Shown here piece after piece: positions 12,206 through 24,400 of a DNA stretch of 64,000 nt. Source of the DNA: Gracilinanus agilis. Its lineage: Eukaryota. The stretch's first letter is position 1. Each line of letters opens with the position of its first letter. The notes beneath the pieces are model-generated. The model had not been told where the DNA came from. It did no database searches and saw only the letters and a program-made list of their open reading frames with translations. Location of the stretch: positions 210,206,993 through 210,270,992 of the forward strand of contig NC_058133.1 of NCBI RefSeq assembly GCF_016433145.1, read 5' to 3'. The translations under genes and the position numbers were made by a program.

Positions 12206-12766
12206 ACTGGAGGGGGGGGGGCGCCCAACTTCTACAATCTAGGAGACTTCTCACCTCTGCCTTTTTTCAAGGAGAACACGATGCCCTCATCCTTTTAACC
12301 TTTCTACTTTTATTGCCCCCAAGCTGCTGCTTTCTGTACAGTATGTGCTGGGGTTAGAGGAACAAATCTTAATAAGAGTAAGGCTCACTGCTACAGCCAG
12401 ATAAGATAATAATCACTGGAGCTGACTCAGGGTCTCACCATTCCCAGGAATGTAAAACACCAGCAGACCAGGCTGAGATTAAGCCAAATCCTTGCATTCC
12501 CACCTACCTCCCCCAGCCTAGGGCTTAGTGCCTCCCCTTTTCCCCTGCCTCATTCCAGACTTCTAATCACCTAGGACTCAGCATTCTTCACTGTGCCAGA
12601 CCGAAGTTTCAACTGTAGAGGCCCCAAAGGTAAATTTGAGCCGAGTGACTGGTGGTGAGGGGTCTGTACGGGAGTACAAATTTTTGTGCCTGGGATAAGA
12701 AAGCTGGGAAGTGGGGGGGTGTGGTGTGGGGGGGAAAGAAGTAAGTCGGGTCTAGGGAACTGGGAG

Positions 12767-12772
12767 TTTATT
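12767..12772 (-). terminator. Candidate NHERF1 polyadenylation signal
   Basis: First canonical AATAAA I found on the - strand below the NHERF1 stop; another at 12309-12314. Confidence 0.3.
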
Positions 12773-13569
12773 GCAATCATGTGGTTATTTCCTGTTTTAG
12801 TAATGAGGTGCTAAATTTTTTCTCTTAACTGCTGAAGGATTAAAAGTTTTGTCAGTGACTTTTGCACCCACAGGACAATGCCCTTGCTTTCTCCACCATG
12901 GTTACTCCACTGAGGTACATACCCGTTCATATTGACTTGGATTTAGCTTGGACACCAAAGAGCCTATAAACCCGGTTTAGCCCAGCTAAGCGTAGTGCAG
13001 AGTTCTGTGAATGAGGGCAGGTATTTCAAGAACCAGATCTACTGTTTACTTTTCTAAACCCATACCTTCTATGGTGAGGCAGAAAAATGATAAGGGTTAG
13101 GCAGATGGGTCTAAGGGACATGCCCAGGATCCTTCAGCTAGGTGTCTGAGGGAAGATTTGAACCCAGGACTAACCATCTCCAGATCTGATTCATCTACAT
13201 TTTCCCCCTTCCATCTTAGGTTGATAAGGCATAGATGATTAGACCTGCAAATAGCCCCTCTAACCTGAACTATTCCCTTCCCTTCCTTTTCTAAAGATGG
13301 CCTGGCAGGGCAAGGCTGGATATGGGACAGGGAAGGGATAAGGGAAACCCACTGGAATTTCTATAGGACTTTTCATTGCCAATTAAGACTATGAACTCCT
13401 AGAAAACAGGGACTCTTGGGGGTGGGGTAAGAGTGTTCTTCATATCCCAGGTCCTAGCAGTGTCTGGCGTGTGGCAGATACTTAATAAAGGATTGTTGAC
13501 TGATGACCAGCTCTCAGCTGGGAAGCTGCCAGGTAAGTAGTTCTTCCTCTTACCCAGGAGCCCAAATAA

Positions 13570-13750
13570 TTTTTTTTAAAACCTTAACTTCTGTGTATTG
13601 GCTCCTAGGTGGAAGAGTGATAAGGGTGGGCAATGGGGGTCAAGTGACTTGCCCAGGGACACACAGCTGGGAAGTGTCTGAGGCCAGATTTGAACCTAGG
13701 ATCTCCATCTCTAGGCCTGACTCTCAGTCCACCGAGCTACCCAGCTGCCC
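13570..13750 (-). mobile_element. SINE1-type element in or near the NHERF1 3' UTR
   Basis: Full-length reverse match. Confidence 0.85.
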
Positions 13751-14380
13751 CTGGATCCCAAATAATCTCAAGAGTAGGGACAAACAAGCTTAAGTCAAAA
13801 CAAGCAACTTCCTCCAACCCAAGAACTGGGAAGAATCATGTTAATCGTAACACACAAAAAAATTCCTTCTAAACTTGACACTAGAACATTCTCCCACAAC
13901 CCACCCTCCCCCAGAAAACCCCCAAACACCCTATTTGTGGCTTTTAGGGAGAAGACTCTTGTCCATCCCCAAGCTGTGGTTTCTGTCTTTAGGGCTTTTC
14001 ATTCAGTCATTCCCAAGCTCTGGGACAGTGTTATGTTAGGATGGCATGAAATCATTAATTGAAAAAAAAAATCTATCCTATTAAATCATCTCACAGTCTT
14101 CCAGCTGGCAGGGAATGGGGAGAATGTTGTCAAGAAATAGACCTTTCTTAGGCCCTAAGAAGGAAGGATTTGGGGAGAAGGTGCCTTTCTCATTTAGGAC
14201 AGAATAGGAAAACATGCTCTCTGGGCTTCAAGAAAGAACAGGTTTCTAGAAAAATCAGGCTGGTGTTGATTTATACTTTGATTTGGGGTGAGTGGAGAAG
14301 AGGAAATGGAAGGAAGGCCCCAATACCCTTTCCCCACTCTCCAAGGTAGTTTGGTGGGGAAGGGGGGGGAAGGAGGCTGT

Positions 14381-14572
14381 TCAGAGATTGCTAAAGAGTT
14401 CATTTTTCTTGCTCCAGTCCATCTGTGGTGCCCGTTTGCTGCTGCGTTTCTGGTGAGCCCGTTCTTTGGCCACCGCCAGGGAGATGTTGAAGTCCAAAAT
14501 GGGGTCGGAGGAGGAGGAGGTAGAAGAGGGTGGAGTGGAATCTCTTTTCTTGGGACTGTCTTGAGAATCCAC
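14381..14572 (-). CDS. SLC9A3R1: NHERF1 exon 6 (ERM-binding domain)
   Basis: VDSQDSPKK...[28 protein letters not shown]. Confidence 0.98.
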   Translation of the reverse strand: MDSQDSPKKRDSTPPSSTSSSSDPILDFNISLAVAKERAHQKRSSKRAPQMDWSKKNELFSNL

Positions 14573-15378
14573 CTGAAGACAGCAAGGGAAATGGGGAAAG
14601 TGAGTTAAGTCCCTCTATTCATATTGCAGGAACACTTTCCTACTGCCCTTGAGGGGCGGGTTAGGGAAGGTTATGGCACTTAGCTTAGTTTTCAACCCTA
14701 TAGCTCGGGGATCCAGGTCACAAAATACTTCATACATGTGTCTAGATGCCAGCTGGTGTGCCAAATGTTCTGACCCCAAAGGCTAGGAAGCAAGAGGCCT
14801 AGGTTGTATGTCATTCACTAGGCCTACATTACCTCCGTGCCTCTTCCCTTCCTTCCTAGGATGACCCTCAATGAGTTTGAGCCAGGACAGAGTCTTGTTT
14901 CTGGGAAGGCCAGTTACCATATCTCAACCCCTGGGCCCAGGCATACCTCATCACTGGTGTCACTAAGTGTGGATCTTGACGATGCTGGTTTGGGGCACTC
15001 ACACACTGCCTCAGACCAACTGGCACTGTTGCTCTCCTGGAATAAAGAAAGTAAAAACTATATGTGGAGGGGACAGGTAGGTAGCTTGGTGGATTGAGTC
15101 AAACCTAAAGATGAGAGGGTCCTAGGTTCAAATGGGACCTCAGCAAGTCACTTAACCCCCACTACTAACCCTTACCACTCTTCTGCTTTGGAACCAATAC
15201 ACAGTATTGATTCCAAAATTGAAGGAAAGTTAAGGGTTAAAAAGTTTTTTTTAATGTACAGATGGAGCTAGGTCCAGAGATAGGAGGGTCCTGGGTTCAA
15301 ATCTAACCTCAGGCAGTTTCTAGTTATGTAACCTTGGGCAAGTCTTTTGCCCAGCCCTTAATGTTCTTCCTTGGTATC

Positions 15379-15431
<53 letters not shown>

Positions 15432-18400
15432 TATCTCAGGATGTTAAGCACCAGGGCAGACAAAAACTGCCTGAGATGAGGCAGTGCAGCAAATGGCCTA
15501 ACTTACCCCAGAACCACTAATACTCTCAGATCTATTCTAGGTGAAGAATTTCTATTCCTCCAAGGGGTAACCCAATATTTGAGAAAGAGACCAGGTAATC
15601 CACTATAATATTTAGCCAAAAAATAGCAGGTTTCACTAACCTACCTCTGGCTTTTAGCTACTGGCCCTTGGGTTTGAGATTAGAGATGTTTTTGTAAGGT
15701 GGGGATGCTAAGAGACCTTTTTGTGCCAATGGGAGAATTCTATTCAAGATAATCCCTGAATCTTGAGGTATTTTGGACTATTTCCTTCTCCCTGCCTGCC
15801 ATTTCTCCCCTAAAACTTCCCATAAGCCTGATTCCTTGAGGAATATGAAGGATATAGGTAGTAAGGTATTGTGAAGAGGGTACTGTGCCTATGATTAGAG
15901 ACATAAAGAAGAGTCTCAGACCACTAAGGGAGCTACCTTGAGGGGAAACTGCCCGATTCCTACTACCCTCAGGTTGCTGCCTTTGAAATAGAAGCATAGC
16001 TCAGTGTTCCCCAACCTATGTTCCTACTAGCTCTGCTCACTGGATCGAGGAGGAATAGAATGGACCCTACAAAACACTTAACCCTCCTCCATGCTACCTC
16101 TAGGGAAAGGGCAACTTTCCTCAGTATGAATGTCTTGGCCAGGAGCATCAGCTTGGCTCCCTGCCCCTTCCATCCTTCTCTTAGGGCCCTGGCTGGCAGA
16201 CAGCCTCTGTAGACTCCTCCCAACTCCTCATTTTCTTCCACTGGGCAGGGGGGAGGGGAAAGGGACTGGGGGGAAGAGAGCTTTGTTTTCTCAACCCAGA
16301 CTTGGAAGTAGCAGAGGCTGGGCATCGGCTGGACACTGAAGCTCTGTTCTTCGGGGGAAGAATAGTCTCCTCTGTATGGTAGGGAGTGGGGGCCATCACC
16401 CAGTGACTAGCAGGGCAGGAGGAAGGGCCTTGGAGGGACTTACACCCATGCTTTCCCCTCCTTTCAAATAAGCTCTGCCCTGAGCTAGGGTCTGCATGGG
16501 TAAGACGAAGCATCAGAGCTCAGGACATGGAATTTTTTAGCAGATTGGACACCCAAATTGTACAGTCAAGATCAGCTTCTGTCTCTGAGTTTCAAAGATG
16601 AAGAGCTTCAGACTCCTTCCCAACCTCCCTGATTGTTGTCTGTCTCCCCTCTTTCTTTTCCTTCCTCCCTTTCTTCCATTCCCTCTGTCCTTCTCCACCT
16701 CTGTCTTCCTTCCCTGCCTCCTATCTATGTCTCTCTCTCTGGATTGTCTTCTGTTTTTATCTCTTTTCCCTATGTGTCTCACACAAGCACTCAGAAGGCA
16801 CATTCACACAAGCAGATGTCTTAGACCCATTAAGAAAGTAGTTGTCAAAAGCTGGAGGAGTGATAGCAGAAAAGCAGCAGAAGAAAACAGTCTTTACCTT
16901 CTCTACTTCTCCATTGGCAACAGGCTCTGGCAAGGGACCTGTAAGGGTAAAGGGAAGAGAGAGAACATTATAAATGTGGATGATTCCAAAGGCTTTGGGC
17001 ATTATCATTATCGACCAAAACTTTGCAGGAATATTTCAGGGTGTGGGCAGGGAAGGGTTGGAAATTGCCCTCAAATTCTTCAGGACTTGGCATGAAAAGA
17101 GCTGTCGACCCATGCCCCAACCTCGCCTAGAAATTCAGGAAGGCTGATCCATAAGATGTTGACTTCGGCCAGAGCAAAAGTGGAGAAGTCAAGGCATCTG
17201 GCATGAGAAAGGAAAAGTCTCAGGATATATAAAAAATAGAAGGCAGTAAGAAATGAGGATTGGAAAGAGATAAGTATTAGGTAGGTGGCACCTCTACTAG
17301 GACCTTAAGACTTGTGTATAGTCACAATTACCCTCTGAGGTGGTGAAACTATTATGATCTTCATTTTACAGATCAATAAACTAAAGTACTAAGAGGTCAT
17401 GCAATATAAACAAGATTACCAGGTATTTTTAAAACTGAGCTCTCCTGACTAAGGCCATAGTTCTTTTCCCTACATCAACAGAGTATGTCCCTAATGACCA
17501 CCACTATGGAATATGGTGATCCCATGTAGGTAGCTGGCTTCTGAATTCTTAAAAATTTTAATTAAAAGTTAAATTTTATTGATTCCTGGAGCATGACTGA
17601 GATCCCTACTAAGTATGAGGATTAGAAATAGTCTTACCCCAGACTCAAAAATGACCATGACCCAAGCATTTTGCTTTATCAGAAGACAATTATTCCAGGA
17701 GACAACTGGGTTTCAGATTTAATGTCCTAGATTCTTCCTAGATGTCACTAATTTGTGCTAGGAATTGTGGGTAAATCCCTTAATTTCTGTAGGCCATTTT
17801 CTGCACTAAAATGAGAGGGCAAGACTGGATGACCACAAGGTCCCTTAGATCCCATAATAATCTCAGATTCCTAGGGCAGCTAGGTAATATGGTGGATAAA
17901 GTGCCAGGCCCAGAGATGGGAGGAGCTAAATTCAAATCTGGCTTCAGATACTTCCTAGCTGGGTGACTCTGGTCATCTTGGATCTCAACAACACTGTAAG
18001 GTAGGTGCTTACAAATGGGGAAATTTAAGGATATGCTATTGGGGTTAATGACTTGTTCAAAGGGGCAGCTAAGGTGGCTCAGTGGTTAGAGAGAGCCAGG
18101 CCTGGAGTTAGGAAGATCTAGTCTCAAACTTGGCCTCAGACACTTCCTAGCTGGTGATCCTGGGCAAGTCACTTAACCCCAGCTGCCTAGCCTTACTGCT
18201 CTTAAACCCTGGAACCGATAACTAGATACTTAGTCTGCATTCTAAAAGCAGAAAGTAAGGGTTTTAAAAAATAATCTCAGATTCCTAATTTCATTGAATA
18301 CCCCACTTTCCCTCCCCACCTGGCTCCCCCCCAAATTTCTCAAGATCCCTTTCTTCAGCAGCTCCAGAGATTCATTTGCAGGACAAAGCCCCAGAGCTGG

Positions 18401-21400
18401 TGTTGCCAGATGCACCACCAGGCCTGTGGTGATTCCCCATCCAGAACTGAATCCTAGAACAGAGGCTCCAGTTTTAGTAAAGAAAAGAAGGCATAAAGTT
18501 AGAAATCATGTGGTGTCTTCACAGCCCACATGCTGACATGATTGCTTATCAATCGATCAATGGAAGAACCTTTAGCATTTGACACAAATTAAACATTAAG
18601 AAGAAATGTAGGGCAGCTAGGTGGCTCAAAGGATAGAGAGCTAGGCCTGGAGTTAGAGGGACTGGGCGGGCTATTGGACCCAAAAGTGAAATGCCAATGA
18701 AATGAAAAGATGGATGAAAATGACAATCTTCTGAGAGTAACATTAATTTATATGGATGGCAGAATTAACTGAATCCTTTTACAATTTACTGAATTCTCAC
18801 TTTGTTATGAATTTTTTTGTTTTGTTTTAAAGGCAACAATGAGGCAGGTAATGGTACAGTAGATAAAGAGTTGGGTCTTGGGTTGAGAGGGGGCCCAAGT
18901 TCAAACCTAGCCTCAAGATACTATGTGTCCCTGGGCAAGTCACTTAACTAGTGACCTAGCTGTCTCCACTTCCTCAACTGTAAAGTGGGAATAACATCCT
19001 CTATCTCCCAATAGTATTTTAAAAGCACAATGCCTAATACATGGTAGGTGCTTAATAAATGCTTGTTCTTTCCCCTTCCCCTTTTAAAACTACGAATAGT
19101 TAAGTGTCATCAGATTGGTCTTTGCCATGATCATTGACTTTCATACTTTGAAAAGGATCATAAAAGTCAATAGTGCTCCTAAGAAAGACCTTTGACATGA
19201 ACTGGAAACCCCCTTTACTGGGGCTGCTTATTTGTTTCTGATAAAGCCATTCCTGCTTTCTTGCTGTGTTGCACACACCCCACGTCACTTTCCAATTCTC
19301 TAGTTTCCTCCTCTTTAAAAAATAACAATCTCAGATACCCAAACATGAAGTATTTTCCTTGGGAGATTTCTCTAGGCTAGTGATGGGCAAACTTTTTAAA
19401 GAGGGGGCCAAAGGAAAGGAAATGCTCATCTGTCAAGTCTTTCTCAGGCAACTCTTTTGAAGTTTCATTGTATTGTATCCTACTCATTGTATTCCTCAGA
19501 TTAGGAATAATGTCCCACAGCTGGATAGAGCATTTCAGGGGGGGCTATAGTTTGCCCATCACTGGTCTAGGCAATTGAAGAGGCAGGAACTGTTGAAGGA
19601 ATCCTACTTCTCTGGTCAGGATTCCATGACTTACCCTCATCCAAATGAAACCTTTCGGGTACTGATCTAATTTCAGTTTGCCAAGACCATCACAGCTCCT
19701 ACTGGAGCCTAATTAGTAGTTAAATCTCTCCCCCTCAAGTCTCCTCTTCCAAGGGCCACTCAAGGACTTCCTACCTACTGAACTCCCTGGCCACCAAAGT
19801 AGCCTAGTAGATAGAATGCAAAGTTAAAGAGTCAGAGCAACTGGAATTCAAATCTTACTGAAGTCATCTACTAGCTGTATGAACCTAAGCGAGTTACACA
19901 GGTCCCTTCAGCCTTGTAAGCACCCACCTCCCAGTGTTGAAGAGATCCAAGATGGCATAAGCAAAGGGGCAGCTAGGTGGCTTAGTGTTCTGAGAATCAA
20001 GCCTAGAGACAGAAGGTCCTGGGCTCAAAAATCTGGCCTCAGACTTCATGACAAAGAATGCTGTCCACTTCTAGAGTGGACTATTGGAGTCAGAATGCAG
20101 TTGAAAGCTTACTCGTTTTTCACTTATTTAGTTTTTTGTTTTAAATGATTATTCACTCACAAAAATGAACATGGAAATGTTTTACATGTTAATACATGTA
20201 TAATCCAGATCGAATTGTTTGCCAGCTCTGGGAGGGCTCAGGAAAGAAGACAATTTGGATCATATAACTTTTGAAAACTTATGTGGGAATTTGTTATTAT
20301 GTGTAATTGGTAAAAAAATATATATTTTAAAAATAAATCCGGCCTCAGACACTTCTTGGCCATGTGACCCTGAGCAAGTCACTTAACCCCTATTGCCTGG
20401 GCCATACTGCTCTTCTGCCTTGGAACTATATTTAATATTAATTCTAAGAAGGAAGGTAAAGGTTAAAAATAAAAGATTATAAAAAGCAACAGGGTAGATC
20501 CTGAAGCTTCGGTTTCACTGGCTTAAAATGATCTTCTGTCTACTGAAGGTGGATGGATGCTTGCTCTGTGGCAACTCTTCACAGAGGTTAAGTGACCTGG
20601 CCAGAGTCACACACACACACAGCCCATTTGTGTTAGTAAGACTTAAACCCCAGGGCCTGTCTTCCTGACTTTAAGGCAGTCTCTTGATCCAAAACATCAC
20701 ATTGCCTCGCCTCCATGTGAAAAACTTTGCAAACTATAAAGCCCCAAAGGCTCCCAGGACCCTGTCCCTGCAGAGAAGGCCACAAGGGCTGGGTAAAAGT
20801 CAGGAGATAAGATGCATTTTCAGTGGCAACTGTTTACAGCTTCATTACTCCTCCCCCCAGTCCCAAGTATTTCTGAACATGTGACAGGATGGTATTAGTA
20901 AGCCACCAACCTGCCCCCTAACACTAAAAACTCTCCCCGGGGGATCCAGCCTGTGACAAAGTCCAAGCTGGCCGCACCCTGCCCGTGGCTCCCAGCCGAG
21001 GGAGCCATCCCCTTCAGGGTCCAGCACAGGGAGCAGGGTCCACTTAACCCCTTCCTGACTACTGCCATGGCAACACTGCCTGGCCACAAGGGGGAGGGGC
21101 AAGAACTGGGAGAGGGAAGGAAGGGGGACGGGAGGGGGAGCCAGAAGCTCTGTGGAGCATGCCTGAAGTTTCCAAGACAACCTGACCAGGGAAGGGGAAG
21201 GGGGCAGGGAGAGCAGTCTGCCCCTACTATGGGAGCTGACCTGATCCACTGACAAAGTTAACCCTTTCCTTCAGAGCCCATAACGACAGGCCCTTGGGGA
21301 AGTGGTGGAGAAAGGAGACAGAGAGTCCAGCTTTCTTAGCTTCCTCTCCTTCCCATTAGAGAAAGAGCCATCTTTTTACTAGCTCTCCCCTTTTCCCCCA

Positions 21401-24400
21401 TACAGCCTTCCCTCTCCTATTCTTCACCTAAAGTACCCCTGCCAGCTCCCTATTGCCCCATTTTCCATCAGGGCCTTGGAGCCAGCTCTCCCCTTCTCTG
21501 GGCCAGCTTCCCACATCTTAAGACAGAAAAGGAAGATGGAGTGAGTGCCAGGAGCAACAGCCCCAGAAGGTCTTTAGAACCTTTAACAAGGGAAAAAAGG
21601 AACTAGCTGCCTCTCCCCTCCTCCCCAGCTCTAGTCCCCGGTTTTACTCTGCAGCCACGAATGCCATTTTAGTCCCTGAAATCAGGGCCTACCCCCTCAT
21701 CCCTCCCTGACTCACCATTCAGGTGCTCCTGGGACGGTATCACTTTACACTTTTTGAAGAATTCATCAGTTTCCTTGTCCACAACCAGCAGCTTGGTCTC
21801 CTCTCCTCCAGCCTTGATGGCAGCTACCACATCCCCGTGCTGTTTCCCTTCCATACAGACCCCATTCACCTGTGAGAGGACGGAAAGAGCTGGAGGAGTG
21901 ACCCAGAACTTGGGAACACTGGTGGGGAGAGGGAGTTCCAGATCCCCCTTCCCACAACGGACAACAAATTCCATTCACCAACGCAAAGCATCCAGGATTG
22001 ACAAAGGACATAATTGGGCAGAGTGGGAAGGAAGAAGAGGAGCTTGTGAGCTCCTTGAAAGCACAGGCTGTTTTTTGCCTCTATCTCCCATGCTTAGCAT
22101 AGTTCCTGGTATGTATGAGAGGCTTAATAGATGCTGCCTAATTAAATCTGACCTCAGACATTTTCTAGGTGTGCGACCTTGGGCAAGTCACTTAACCCCC
22201 ATTGCCTAGCCCTTACTGCTCTTCTGCCTTGGAACCAATACACAATATTAATCCTGAGATGGAAGGTAAAGGTTTATTAAATAAATTCTAGTTAACAAAC
22301 CATGCAGAAAATTTTAAATTTTGTTTTTTTCCCTTTGGGAGCATCTAAGCCACAAAGGAAAAAAGATAAAGGAAATATCCAGATGGGTATAGATGAGTAC
22401 ATCAGTAATAATGGACCAGCCTTTTAGTTTAGTGATTAGATTTGAGGACAAATGTAAAATCTATTTTGTTTTATGAAGGCCTGGCATCATTCTCCTGCTT
22501 CTTAGTGGATCCGAAGGCTTTGAAGAAGTTCCATCACTTTCTTATTTCTTCAGATGAAACCATATATAATCTAGTTAATTCCTATTTCCTTTTCCATCAA
22601 GTCTCTCACAAGTCAGCCTGACACCTCACATGACAAAGGTTCCCTTTCCTTCCTCCAGTAAAAATGTCTGAAAAACAAAAATGCCATCCTGGAGAAGGAT
22701 CAAGAAATAGCTGGCATTGAAGACTACAAGCCCCTCCAAAAAACAGACCTCTGTTAGAAGTTGTTCTAAGAACTGGACTCAGTCATGCCAAGGACTACAA
22801 AGCTCTAGAGGTAAACTGAGTTTGTCTGTAGACTGGAGTGGGACATGCCTGAGTGGCAAGAAGGCCAGGAACAGCAAAAGGATTTCATTTGTTCATTCAA
22901 CCAACACTTACAGAGCCCCTTCTTAAGTGCAAAGCACCATTTAGGAAGGGGATGAATGATACTGTTCCAGCTCTTGAATCTTATACTCTAATTAGAAAGA
23001 AGCTAGGTAAGGAGAGTTTGGTAAAAAGAAGATGAAAGAGTCTAAAAAACGGGGGGGGGGGAGGGGGGGAGGACGGAAAGGAAAGTTACCTCCACAATGC
23101 GATCCTGGGCCTGGAGCCCCGAGGCCTCAGCTGGTGAGTTGGGATCCACAGCACGGATGTACTGGCCAGGTTTAGACTTGTCACTGTGCAGATTGAAGCC
23201 ATAGCCACTAGGACCTTTTTTCATAGCACAAAGTCGGGGCCTCAGCTCCCTCTGTTAACAAAGGAGGACAGATATTTCAGCATCCTAAATCCATTACCTT
23301 TTTACCTCCTTCCTACTTCCCCCCTCTGGTCTATAGCCTCAGTCCCTGATCCGTTTTTTTCATCCTGAAGCATGTAGTAAACAGATTTGGACCCTACAGG
23401 ACATGACACTTGAACATATTATAAGTTCACTGGGCCTCAAAATTCAAGACACCCCAAGAGTTCTAATCCAAATGGATACAAATCAATCACATGATCTTAG
23501 GCTAGTTACTTCCTTTCCCAGAGACTCAAGTTTTGTTACTTATAAAAATAAACAAGAAAGGTAACTAGGTAGCTCAGTGGATCCAGATTCAGAGATGGAA
23601 GGTCCTGAGTTCAAAGGTGTCCTTAGATACTTTCTAACTGTGTGACTCTGGGCAAGTCACTTAACTCCAATTGCCTAGTCCTTACTACTCTTCTGCCTTG
23701 AAACAGATACTTAGTAATAATTCTAAGACAGAAAGTAATGACTTTAAAATAAATAGAGTAGGGTGGGGGGAAGAACTAGGTAATCATTAAGATCCTATTC
23801 AGTTTTTATATTCAATTTGAAAAACTTTCATTAAGCATTTACTGTGTTTAGACCACTGGGCGTAGGGGTGGATACAAAAATTAGATTAGACATGGTGTCT
23901 GCCTTTATGAAGTTTACAACCTAATAATTCCAGAATCTCTGACTCCTCATTTTAATTGAGATTGTATCCCTTTGTTGTTAATGACACAGAAGTGATGTGG
24001 TATGATAGATTGATTTATTTGACATTTTTTTTTAGAACTTTACCTTCCATCTTAGAATCAATTCCAAGTATGGATGCCAAGGCAGAAGAACAGCAAGGAC
24101 TAGGGAGGCAATGGGGTGGGGTGGGGTGGGGGGGTAAGTGGCTTGCCCAGGCTCACACGGCTAGGAAGTATCTAGGGACAAGTTTGAACCTAGGTCATCC
24201 CTACTCTGGGCCTGGCGCTGGGCCACCCTAGCTGTCCCTTTGAAATTTTTTTTAAGTGAATTCCAAATTCTCTTTCTCCCTCCAGTTTTGTCCTTCATTC
24301 AGAAGGCAAACAATGTGATAGATGTGAAGTCATGCAAAACACAGGCACAGTGGATTCAATAACGGGGACTGAGGAAGATTTAGGTTTGAAGTTAACCTCT

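Noticed and set aside
16537-17095. 165-aa and neighbouring ORFs
   Set aside because: Low-complexity pyrimidine intron sequence; only the 41-nt NHERF1 exon 4 is supported
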